Of a DNA stretch of 64,000 nt, positions 50,415 through 62,420 are shown piece after piece. The notes beneath the pieces are model-generated. The model was not told the DNA's origin, ran no database searches, and saw only the letters and a program-made list of their open reading frames with translations. The position numbers were made by a program, and so were the translations under genes. Positions within the stretch are counted from its first letter, which is position 1, and each line of letters begins with the position of its first letter. Source of the stretch: Utricularia gibba (lineage: Eukaryota; Plantae; Magnoliophyta); assembly GCA_002189035.1 (NCBI GenBank), contig NEEC01000016.1:248001-312000 (forward strand). The letters are read 5' to 3'.

Positions 50415-52526
50415 TCAGAGCATCCAAACTGGAAGTAATCCATTGACAGTTTGGCTATTCGATGCTCCGGTCATCTGACCTGAGGTCACCGGATCATCGT
50501 ACCTGTTGACAACCACATACAATGCGCATTTTGGAGATTTATGATCATCTTGTAAGCAAACTATGATTTAGCAGCAGTACCCAATTTGGAGATTAGGGTT
50601 GCAATCAAGAGGCTGGAAGAAGCTTTGGGAATGAGGATTTTGATTGCAAAATGAATTGCTCTGCTGCCCTTCAACCCATGTCTGCTGCTGCAGCTGACTG
50701 GCTGCATAAATTTCTTCCAGCTGCCACCACAAAAATATAAATAAAAACAGATGGGATAAGAAAGTCTATTCTTATGCTACAAAAGGAATCAAGGGGGCAA
50801 CCCTTCGTTGCAAAGCACTGTTAGCATCCATCATCAGTTTCTCCTGCAGTAAGCATTAGCATTGAGATATTGTAAGAAGAGTGAGCTGGTCTATCTTGGA
50901 AGAACAAGAAAAATGGCAGGGTAAAATCTGCTAACAATCCCCATTCCAACATAAAATATAAGATATACCTTTGTTTGAAGGTCTGTAAGTTGATCGAGCA
51001 TCGTTTGTGTCTGCAGGTGAAGTGGGCAGGTTTAAGTTTTCGTTTTTCATTTGTCTAATGTTTAGTAGTTTTTAAAATACGCAGTCCATGGTCACTAAAT
51101 CAGGTGGTTTGCTTACTCTTGTAGACCTAATGAGGCCCAAAGAAGACTCCAACTGGTGCTCAATGGCTTCAAGGTCATTAAGATTTAATGATCCCAGATC
51201 TTCGCCAAGAAGCTGTCTGCAGAAGAGGAAGAAACATCGCTCTTGTGGTGTTATCTAATCAATAGAGGCCCAGAGACAAAAGGGGAACCATAAAAAGATA
51301 GCAAATACCTCTGATACTGCTGAAGAGCCTCATATCTAGCCTTAAGTTTCAGGTATTCCTTGTAGCTGCTTTGCTGCAATACAGTTGGACTCAGAAGTTA
51401 GAAAAAAATTGGAGCCTCAACTACGACAAACTTAAAAAATAACACAAGCTCAACGGGTGGTGCCGGGAAAAAAAAAACCCTGTCATCGTTTTGGCTCAAG
51501 ATCCAATCTTTGGTTTAAATATGAACTACAAAAAGAGAGTTAAGAAATACTACCTCCAGCTCCCTTCCTGGATTTCCAACTTCCAATGAGCCATAACTAC
51601 ATTTTTGATACCTTTCAAGTGTCTTCATCATACTATAAGCACATAGAAGATAAATCATTAGTCAACCAAATGATCAATTAAAAAAGCAAAAAACAAAAAG
51701 AAGAGAGAAGTCCCTTCAAACTAGTGTATAATTTGTGATAACCCTTGATCAATTAAAGAGTTGGTGCAGTAGAAAATTCAAATTTGTCGTAAATAAACCA
51801 AGTGGCCAACAAAAAAAAAGTACTTGAAAAATCTGACATATCAGGTAGTCATCTTTATGAAATGTAAAACAAGTCATATCAGTTTTGAAGGAAGATCCTT
51901 TGTGTCAGGTCCACAACAATAAAATATTATTCTTAACCAAATAAACAATAATTTTTTAAGCAGCTCATAAACCCTAGATTTCCTTGGGTGATGTTGATTA
52001 AGAGCCTGGCTCCAACCAAGGAATCCAATTGCGCAGGAGATCTATTAAATACTGAAAACACGTACTTTTACATGCAGGCACGTATTTGCACAGATAAAGG
52101 GGAGAGATCCGGGTTTAAACCGGTTAAAAGGAAGCAGTTTTTTTGAGACCAACGAACAATAAACTGATTCATTTTAACAGTTCATAGATGCCGACCGGAA
52201 ATCTGGTCGTTGCAGAACAGAAGCTAAGATTTATAGAGCATCTACACGAGCAAGGAGCAGTTTTGTAGAAAGAAACAACCAAACTTGAATCAACAGAAGC
52301 CAAAATGTAAAGAACTCAAAAATGGGAATGAGAAGTAATACTCAGGGGAGCTGCAAAACTCATAGAGCTTGCCGCGGTTGGAGAAAATAATGAGAGCTAC
52401 TTCAGCATCACAGAGCACAGAAAGCTCATAAGCTTTCTTGAGAAGCCCATTTCTCCTCTTGGCAAAAGTCACTTGTCTGTTGATTTTATTCTCAATTCTC
52501 TTCAGCTCAACTCTTCCTCTCCCCAT
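50415..52526 (-). CDS. SEP: SEPALLATA-like MIKC MADS-box transcription factor (LOFSEP/SEP1-2-4 type)
   Basis: All 8 exons found by reading the minus strand: MADS (52526-52342, 185 nt), [78 protein letters not shown] motif [19 protein letters not shown] motif ...GLLPVWML*. Only exon 1 appears in the ORF track. Confidence 0.94.
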
Positions 52527-52807
52527 AATACTGATCTCCTTGTTGTTTTGAGGTTTCCCTTTTCCAGATTCACTCCCCAACAACAGCTGCACTTGCCTTC
52601 AAACCCTAAACAAGAAATGGCAACTCCATTAACAGCAAGATGATGATCCAAGCCTCGCTGCTTTGTGTGATCGCATAAAAATGGAGATCTTCGAAATCCG
52701 AAGAGAAAAGAGGAAGCAAGATTTTTATTTTAGGGTTGGGAGCTTGGAATGGAACTGAGTGGAAGTGCTTCTTCCTCAGCTTATTATTTCACCTTTTTGA
52801 GAGAAGA

Positions 52808-52852
52808 CGCGCGTGAGCCAGTAGTTGGAGAAGGCGCGTGCCTACACGCGCC
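52808..52852. promoter_or_regulatory. Cluster of CGCG boxes (CAMTA-type CGCGTG), including a perfect 8-bp inverted repeat, upstream of SEP
   Basis: CGCGCGTG at 52808-52815, GGCGCGTG at 52833-52840, CACGCGCC at 52845-52852. Confidence 0.45.
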
Positions 52853-53318
52853 ATGGTGATTCCTGGAATGGAAAGGAATCACATACTGATTGATGGCGAC
52901 CACATTTTTCTATTTTCTTTTTTCCTCTCAAAATTAAAATACATAAAATCATTTAATTTCTCCTTTTATAATAGTTCAATATAATAATTATTAATTTATT
53001 TAAAAAAATAAATAAAACTATTTTAAAAATATATTATTATTTATTAACAATATGATAAATGATTGTCCAAAGGCGGTGGATGATTTTGAGAATTAAAACT
53101 TGGAACTTAGGAGTGAGTCACTTTCGGAGTCATTATCGACCCACCCCCATTTACTACCCACATTAAATTTAAATCGAACCGCCCGGTTTAACCATCAACT
53201 AAAAGCCCGACCGGGTGACAAACTTTTTAACCAATTGGCTTATCACCGCTTAAAATAAGGTAATGTGAAAGATTGGTAAAATATACGTATTAATAAGATG
53301 GTAAATCGACCAAATGTC

Positions 53319-53393
53319 AATTTAATTTAAAATATTATTAAAAAATAAGAATTTAATTTAAAATATTATTAAAAAATAAGAATTTAATTTAAA
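53319..53393. repeat. 31-bp AT-rich tandem repeat, 2.4 copies
   Basis: AATTTAATTTAAAATATTATTAAAAAATAAG at 53319-53349 and 53350-53380, partial copy to 53393. Confidence 0.9.
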
Positions 53394-53882
53394 TTTAATA
53401 TTCTAAATTTTATAATTTGTTAAAAAATTATTAAATTAATTTTTTTTATAAATTTATAATTTTATTAAGTTGGTGTTGAGTCTCTATTGCATGGATGCCG
53501 CCGTGGACGGCGATTGCTGTGCCGATGTCTTGTTCACCGCCGGTCGCCGGAAAACCCCAACAATCGCCCAAGGATTTGAAGCGGGGGTCAGCGACGTTCC
53601 CTGAGCATCCAACTCCAATATAAAACTGAAAAGGCATCTTAATATTAATGAGTTCCACACGAAAATGAACTGCTACTGCTGCACTACAGTAAAAAGTAGG
53701 TGATCCGAGAAGATGGATGATACAAACTAAGGATACATGAAGATTGGCATTGAAACGGCCTTGCCTAACAAGTACGGAATAGCCAAGAAGACTTGATGAT
53801 TTTCTGGATTCAAGTGTAAGAGCTCTGAGATGTTTGGTTACCAAGTAAAGTAGACTCACACCATGAGGTGTTTCTGGTAGAC

Positions 53883-56800
53883 TCAGATTATTTTGTTCCT
53901 TATCTCCTCAAGTTTCTTTAAGACCTCTGCTGGAGTTCTGTCTAGCTCATCTGCAATCTTGCGCTGCATATCCATTGGTAAGGTTGGAAACTGTTCACAG
54001 AGATCGCCATCAATCACATCCTGCAGATTTCACAGTCCAAGAGGGGTTAATTTTCTATTAACAGAATATAGTACCAAATGCTTGCACATTATTTTGGCAA
54101 ACCTTCACTGGGTAGTATGAAGATCGATAGGACATGTGGTCTCTGCCACATAAAGGTGGGTTTTCCTGACGCATATGCATCTCCAGATGAGAGAAGAAAT
54201 CAACATCGTCGCGCGATGTAAAAGGAAGAAATGCTCCCAAACTACCCATAACAGTGCCGTAGATGAGGCATTCACCGCCACCAGGAATGAGAGATGCTTT
54301 CTGCAAACAAGTCACTACATCACCAACATGGAATTGGACTATCTCCTCCACCTTGTTGGGAGCCCCATTCAACTTTCCCTGTTCCCACTTTATCTTACCC
54401 CCGGTTGGATCCTCTTCAATCTCGTCAGAGACATCCTGTGGCAGACGAACGAAGTAGATGTTTCCAAATTTGTCTGCTCCAGCCGCTGTGTCAAAATCGA
54501 TGTGGCTTGCTGCCGTAAGCCATCTAGGGACTGTGTCATCCGCAAATATGTATAACTGATTTTCATCACGTCTGTACTTGCAGTAATGGAAGGACTATAA
54601 AAAAAAGAGGGAAAGAATGTGAGAAGTATATGGAAAACTCAGGCAATTATATGTAATCTGCAAGGCTAGTTTCAGGTAAGGCTGTTCAACCAAACTGAGA
54701 TGAAAGAAAATGCACCAAAAGCATACCTCTTGCATGTCCCCAACATAAATGCGATCACGGTAAGTGTGGATAGACGTGATTGTGTTTGGAAAAAGCTTAT
54801 TCTCACACTTCCTCAGCAATCTCCTTTTTCCCAAATCATACAATCTAAGTACAGATCCTATCCCTGCCAACAACCTCCCCTGGAACTGGCACAATGCAAG
54901 TGGAACACCTTCCACTCGGGTCTTGTGCAATAGCTCAAGGACCCTCCCATCTTCCTTAAATCTGTATATATGAATAAAACCTGCTTCGAAAGTTCTCTTT
55001 GGCCAAAATTGTAGTCCCTTTGCTGTACCAACTGCCAAAAGAGTTCCATATTCCTTGTCGTGAAAATTCACAGTACACAAGCTGAATGCCGCCTCATCAT
55101 CCTGAAGTTCCAGCAAGCAAGTAGTCTGCGCAGCTCTTGGATCGAGGACCCTTATGCAAGACACCCACCGATTCGACTCAGCCTTTGGATAGCCATATTG
55201 CTCATCGAGAAATGAATCAGAATTTTCATCGTTATCACCATTCTCCATCTGCTCATTGTTCCCATTCTCGCCAATACCAGCACCCTCAAACGCCTCTTTC
55301 TTGGCATCTTCACGCTGTTCTGCTGTGAATGCTCCTTGATCGCTCTCGACTATCACCAGAAGCTTCCGCTTTGGCTGAACTACAAACTTTCTTGGGGTAT
55401 ATCTCAATGGAATAGCAGTTTCATTAAATGATTCCCCAAGTCTATCAATGGTGAAAACCCTCAGAGCATCACCAGCTACAGCAACAACACCCTCTGCACA
55501 CTGGTCTGATGAGAATGAAGCAGCATATTCAAGCCTTTCGTAAGACAGAGGTGTTAGAAGGAAGTGCCCCTGGTGTATATAACCAAGCCATGGCCTACTG
55601 GACAAGCAAATCATAGCTTTCCTTCCCCGAACAACAATGGGAAAGAGGCTTGGAGCTCTGAGCCCTAAGAAACGAGACCTGGCATCTGAGAGCTGACCTG
55701 TGATCATATCCACAACAGTCCTGAACAGGACCCCATTATTCAGACCAACGTTCAAAAACAGGCTAGCTGGGTGATCTGCTCCATCTTCACCACCAACAGA
55801 GGCTTGAACTTCAAGGAACAGAAGAGACTCTGGAGGAGATGAAACGCTTTGCAAACTCAGTATCTGCATGCAATCATCAGGATCCAAAGAAAGAATGCGT
55901 ATGGTACTGTCATACGATCCAACAGCAAGAAAACGTGATCGCTGCCTGCCTTCAGGGACAGGGGCGATATCCAAACAGGCAATGTCTCCTGACATCTCGT
56001 GCTTCTCAACCTCCATCAGCTGCCCAGTCATATCAACTTCAAAATAAATTATTTCCCCTCCACTAAGCGCAATGACAACCTGAAGCCTATTATAACCAAC
56101 ATTAACAATAGTTCTCTTTCCAGGAGTCCTCCACTCATTAACTCGCCCATCCTCTCTGATATGCCTAATCCCACTAGGATGAACTTGCATCAGAGAGTCA
56201 TCCCCAATCAATGAAACAGCAAGAGACGGTGTTGTGTCAAGAAATCCACTATCATTAACCTCTTCAACGGTTTCACCAATGGAAAGAACAAGGGTAGCAT
56301 TAGCAAAGGAAACAACAATATATGCATCAAATTCATCATTGACATTTTTCTTGACAGTCCAGACAGCACTTGGAACTCCAGGTAACTGCGATACTGCCAT
56401 TTCAGTAATTGCTAAACCTGGTCTCAGTACTCTCAGTGAAGAACGAGGACCCCGTCCACAAAGAGTGAATACCTGAGGCGTTTCATCTTCAAAGATGTTC
56501 ATGATTTTCATATCCATTATTGGTGACAAGCTCTCAACCTGGTCGATTCTAACGAGATTCTTCAGCTTCCTGGGTCGAAAAAACACAGGTTGGAAACCTT
56601 CATCAGTCTCCATCAGTGTACCCGATGAGGCCTCAACATCCAGATCATTGCCAAGTGACTGAAACTGGTACAAGGCATGATTACCAAACTCTGACGCGGC
56701 AAACAAGAACCCTGGCTTCACGACACACATGGATGATGTTACAGGAATGGTATCAAAGTACTGAATCTTCAACTCCTTCACCCTATCATTCTCCTGATCC

Positions 56801-57735
56801 AGTGTGACCTTGAAAATATCACCATACTCCGTTTGCAAGAGGAAGAAATACATGGATTTCTGCTTAAGCGTAGCTGCAGAAACAATCAAGACACCACGCT
56901 CAGCAGGCAAGTCCTCACGCCTTGGAATAACTGCTCTTAAATCTTGATGCCCCTGGTTTTTATAAATAACAAAGTTCTCCACACAAACTAACACTCCACT
57001 AGGTCCATCCCCCCCACCTGGTACAGTCACAAGCAAATTAGCTCCGTTATCAACTTGATCTGACCATTTCCTGGACACATGGTTGAGACCTAAATCTAAC
57101 TCATAGAAGGTCAATTGCTTTTGAGCCTCATTTGCAGCCTGCCCAGTGGGATCCTGATCAGCCTCAGAATAATCAAGCTCTATGGCGGCAAAAACAGGGT
57201 TGTCAAAACCACAGTCCACCCCACAAATTGAGTAGACAATGGTGTGGCTTTTATGAGCCTCCAACGGAGACGAAATGGTCAGGCGAGCAGCGGTATCCCT
57301 ATTCAAGACATAAACAAGCTTCTGCTTTTCACAAGCACCAATCATTACAGCCCTGCCCTTTGGGTCAACCGCCAAGTACTGACCGGGCACGATTCTCCGG
57401 CACCCAGATTTCCCAAACGTTTCCTGATGAATCTTATCGAACGTGTTTTTCTCCTTATTATAATCGAGGATAACAATACGCCCAGAATCCGAACCCACAA
57501 CAATGTAATCCTTCTGAGATCCGGTGAGACGAAACTGCGCCAATGAGCGAATAACGCCAAAGATCTCAACAGACAGAAGACATTGGAGCTTACCGTTTTC
57601 GTCTGGGCGGAGGAGGTCCAGGACCTTGCCACGCGCTACAACAATTTCTTGGGATTTGAGGCTCCCTGAGAAGCTGCCGCTGATAGCGCATAGTATACCG
57701 GTGGGCTTCTGAAGGGTGAGGTTGTACAAGTACAT
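53883..57735 (-). CDS. SAP130: Spliceosome-associated protein 130 / splicing factor 3B subunit 3, about 1212 aa
   Basis: Exons 57735-54727, 54594-54103, 54020-53883 (3639 nt in frame). MYLYNLTLQKPTG..., VHQETFGKSGCRRIVPGQY-type, LRKCENKLFP, GADKFGN, DVIDGDLCEQ. Confidence 0.97.
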
Positions 57736-58288
57736 AGCAACGACGACTGAGGAAGAATTGAGGTAGAACGGAGAAGGGTTTAAGGAACCCTAGGAATGAG
57801 AAACTCCTGTCAGCCGACCCAAAATTGGCAGAATAAAATCAATACTTAATAATATTTTAAATGCATTTAAAATTAATTTAGCAATATTTTAATTTGATGA
57901 TTTATGATTACAAATTGTCACAACTAATATTCTTGTTTTAGTATATTATTCGTTTTGAATATTTAATTTTTATGATTTTATGTACTTATCTTCGTCCCAA
58001 TGTTAATACCGTCATTAAATAGTTTACAACAAATTGCGATAAAATATTCAAATTTCGCTTCTTCATCTTTTCATTTGATTCGTCAATATTAATTATTTAA
58101 AATCTCAGTTAATTAATTTTAAACTAAATATTATTTTTTTAATAATTAAATCATACTAAATCACTTGATTAGGATTTCGATGTAGCGGAATTTTGTTCTG
58201 CAAAAACGTGCATGGATGATGCTCGCAGCCACTGTGCTACTCCGGATACTATATATACAGTGCTACTCTTTTTCTGGGAGTGGTCAGG

Positions 58289-60588
58289 TCAGGAAGCGGA
58301 AACTTGGATGCGCAGTCCGTTTGGGGCGTGAACTCTGGGAAATTTCAGCAGCTTGTCTCCTCCCACTTCTTCCCATTTGTAATTTGTCACGAAATAATGA
58401 AGAAAGATGGAGATTTCAGCCAACCCCAGTTCCTTGCCTGGGCATTGTCTTGTTCCTCCTCCGAAGATGAGAACATGGTGTTGGTTTTCAGGGATTTTTT
58501 CCTGCACAGAAGAATCCAGATTTTGAGCTTCTTGTTGGTGATAAAATAGATTGATTTGTAGACACTCACCAGCCATCTCCGTGGGTTGAAATTGTACGGA
58601 TCTGGGTAAAGGGATGGATCATAATTCAACTCTCTGGTGTAAACATATATCCTCCACCCTTTGGAAATCATGTACCCTGGAATTACAATCATCAAAAGGG
58701 TTAGTTATTTGTTGGGCGATTTGATGATGCTTACATGCTGTTTGTTAAAATGACGAAGCCATAATAAGATGATGCCGCTTCCGTTATTCTAAACGGTAGA
58801 AAAATCCTTTTAGACAATGGATGAGTCAGGGATGCAATGGCTTTCAACTGTGATGAAGTTTTCCCATGTGCATCATTATGGGGTAGGGTCCATTCATAAA
58901 GATGATCTCTCGGTCTTTGATTGTTATTATATGGATCTGCAGTGCTACGTAATTTGGAAACACTTGTAGAAGCGAAAAAGCGTGAAAAGTAGATATTCCT
59001 AACATGCTTGAAGACTCTATAACTAGATTGAAGATCATTGAATGAATGTAAAATATACGGTGAAGAAACAGAGCTTGTTCTCACCATTTATTTCCATATC
59101 CTCTGTAGTTTTTCTCAGAACCCCATTTACTATTGTGGCAAGTCTCGAAGTCTCGTATATGACCTGTAAATTATGGTATCAGAAAGCAATGCCACCAGGG
59201 TTCGAAGTTCCTTTTTTTACTTCAGTAAATATTTTGGTAGCTGGTTGTCTCATGAACTTACAGCTTGCGTTAGGCGCATAGATTTGTAGTCATTGTAATC
59301 AATAGGTTCTCTTGGCTTCTTTCTTTCTCTTATTGCCTTGTGCTCTTTCTGAAAAGTTTAAAAGTCTCGAGTCAGCATAGACTGCTGAGTGAAAAAGATC
59401 ATCCATTTAATTTATGCAATTATTTTTAATGTAGAAAATGCCTTACCCTCAGTTCTTCGAGTACTTGTGGATGGTCCTCCAGGTACTTTACGGCCATCAT
59501 AGATGTGGTTGATACCGTCTCGTATCCAGAATACAGGATTGTGATGATCAAATCAATCATTTCTTCATCACTTAGCTTGTATTTGTTGTCATCATCCAGT
59601 AAAAAACCAAGTATGTCATTCTTTTTAATTCCTGAAGCTTTTCTTTCTTCCAATAGTTTCCTCAACAAACGTGTAATGTTCTCTCTTGCCTGTGATGAAG
59701 TTTTGGAAAGATTCTCTAGGTTTTCTCTGTTTGAAGGGACCTATGAAAGAATATGACGGAGAAGATATGTACCTGCAAGGCACGCCTGTAATTGGTGAGT
59801 GGGAGGTTCATGGGAAGTGAGAAAGTTCCTAGAACTAGCTTGAAAAACTCAGGCATGAAAGCTTCAGCTAAGGAGCTAGCTTCTTCCGTTGCAATTTGTC
59901 TCAAGGATGAGAGAAAAGCCATCTGAAACAAAACAAACAATGCATGATGATGGATGAAGAGCAACTGGTGAGTGAATACCTGATCAACCTCTTTTGTTTT
60001 GTGTTGAATGTCAATTATTTTGCCGTCCCAATTCTCCAAATGGGATCTGATGGCATCGTCAATTTTGGGCAAGAGCTGATCTTTGATCATGGCAGGGCTA
60101 ATAAGAGCGAGTAATGCTCTTCTCATGTATCTGTGAGCTGAGCCATGAACAGCTGCAATATTACATTTCCCCAAGATATCCAACATGGATTGAGGATAAC
60201 CAGGTACAAGCCCTTTTGATTCATTCAAAAGAATGTATCTGTTCAGCTGTGGATCCATGGAAACAATTGTGGGACATCCCAGTAGATGGGATTTGAAGAA
60301 ACTCCCAAACCTGCAAAGCAAGAATAAATAAAACATATGCAGCAGAATCAAAACCCTGTGATGTTTATGCTCTGCTTTTTTGTTTTCCTGTGCACACCTT
60401 GATCTCTGGTTCTTCATGAATGCAGGGCCGTGTGTCAGGAACTCAGTAGTTTCTCCAATAACTGGCCATCCCATGGTTCCCGGAGGTAAACCTTCCTTGC
60501 GATACTTAATTTCATTCCATCTGAGTAAAGCAATCCTCATTAAACACAGTCCCCAAAATACACCAAGAACAACAAGAAGAAAACCCAT
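58289..60588 (-). CDS. CYP85A: Cytochrome P450 85A (brassinosteroid C-6 oxidase, DWARF/BR6ox)
   Basis: 8 exons. LPPGTMGWPVIGETTEFL, GLVPGYPQSMLDILGKCNIAAVHGS, I-helix ILYSGYETVSTT, ETSRLATIVNGVLRK, heme motif FGGGTRQCPGKELG. Confidence 0.96.
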
Positions 60589-60715
60589 CTCTTCCTTTCC
60601 CCTGCAGTAACTCTCGGGAGAAGAGGATGAAGAGGAGAAAGACAGGAAGCTTCAGCAGGGAAAATCTTTAAAAGGTATATGGATTTGCAATGGGTGTACT
60701 GCCAAGTCATGAGCT

Positions 60716-60734
60716 CGTGCGGGTGGATATATAG
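60716..60734. promoter_or_regulatory. BRRE-like CGTGCG next to a putative TATA box (CTATATAT, minus strand) of CYP85A
   Basis: CGTGCG at 60716-60721; TATA-like motif at 60725-60734, about 140 bp upstream of the ATG. Confidence 0.4.
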
Positions 60735-61874
60735 ACCTGATGAAATCAATGACACGGAGAGAGACACATGGAGATGATACCTAATAGGCCCAAAGCAGCA
60801 ACATGAGCTAATAAAGAGTATGCATCCTATGCAAATATCTCTTGCTCACAAAGAAGAAAGAAAAGAAAATAAGTCTAGAGCACACACAGTAAAGAAAAGC
60901 AAAATATTGACAGCCGAGACGTTCATGGGCATCATCTCTCATGGTGAGTTGAATAAGCTTACAACTCAACCAAATTGAGGTGCCAACACAAGCTTTGCTT
61001 GATTCCATCATCCCCCATCCTCAAATATGTAAACCTCGTTGGCTACAGGGTTGATGGAACACAAGTTTGACTGATGTGTGATGGAAGTTGGTGCAGGTAG
61101 CAGGGAGAGAGCACATGCACCCCATGCTTGACTAAAATACATAGAAGGGGCGGGGGTTCACATGTCTGTACTTGCACAAGTAAAACACTGAGGACTTCTT
61201 CCTTGTAAGATTTTTATATATATATCTATTATTATCATACACTAGTGATGGTCCTTGCAAACTAGACTTGTAGATCTCCAAATAAAAGCAGTAGTGTTTT
61301 TTTATGACCACACCACTGCTGCATGTAGTGACTGCTCAGTCTTTCTAAGTACTTGGACCTCTGTAAGTTTTTTTTTCTTTTACTGACAGAATTAGGTTGG
61401 GCTTAGTAGCGAGAGGGGTTTGCTTTTTATGCTTCTGAATGATGTTTGTAGCAGAGAATGGTGCGAGTTTAGGAGACAGATTTGAGTGCGAGTTGATTTT
61501 CTTCTACTTCCAGTCCAGTACAGGCACCTATTCATCCTGCAGATCTTCCCCGTGAAGAACTGTATCTTCCTCCATTTCCCTGTAGGAACTAGACAAGAGA
61601 TTCATGGAGGCATGCTCCTTTTCTTACCATCAACTCCAGATTCCTTGAGCTTATTGCATACAGATAAAAATGATCAAAGCCTTGAAACATATATATTTTA
61701 AGTTTATTTTATCTGGATATTTAATCCGGGAGTCCCCGCCTCGCCCCGGCCGTCCGGAGTTGGGGTTTCCCCGCCACCGGTGACCTGGAGTTGGGGTTGG
61801 TTTGCGATAACATTGTGAAATCCAGAGGGGAGGGGAGAGGCAGGTTCGGGGTTGATATGAAGGAACGACACCGC

Positions 61875-61897
61875 TGCCACTGCCACTGCCACTGCCA
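61875..61897. repeat. (TGCCAC)3.8 hexanucleotide repeat; a (CA)n tract lies nearby at ~61939-61953
   Basis: Seen directly. Confidence 0.85.
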
Positions 61898-62400
61898 TCC
61901 ATCCCCTGTCAGGCTTTGAATTTTCAACCCACTACCAACAACACACACACACACAAGTGCTTCTGTTTGTGTCTTCATCATCTCCCACCGCCACACCTTG
62001 AAGAATATTCACCCATCCCATGTGGCGCGGCCAGCGACCTGCTCTACGGGATCGGATCGAGAGATGGGTTGATGGATTGGATGATGCCTTTTCTCTCGCT
62101 CCCCCTCCTGTGGAAGCAACCGCCAATGAGAAAAATGTTTCCGATCTCGACTCCTTTTTTATGAGAAGAGTTCTTTTTCCAATTTATCGAAGGACCTGGA
62201 AATTGGCGGCGGCGAGAGAGAGGCCATCCCATTACGTTGCCTTGATCCAATCATTCTATTTCTATACAACCGGTAGAACGCCGGTTTCCGGTAGTGGGCT
62301 AAGTGTTGGGTAAAAGCCCAGTTCCCAAACTCATCTTCATCCCCGGTCCATGCCAAAGCTACGTCGTTCAATCTATCTAACCCAGTGATTTGACGCCATT

Positions 62401-62420
62401 TGGGCCATGGAATCTGGGCC
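62401..62420 (+). promoter_or_regulatory. Two site II elements (TGGGCC) upstream of the PPR gene
   Basis: TGGGCC at 62401-62406 and 62415-62420. Site II motifs are common in promoters of organelle-targeted genes. Confidence 0.45.

Noticed and set aside
53883-57735. Functional link between SAP130 (SF3b, shared by U2 and U12 snRNPs) and the U12 introns in nearby PIR
   Set aside because: Neighbourhood in a plant genome does not imply a shared pathway, and nothing in the sequence suggests co-regulation.
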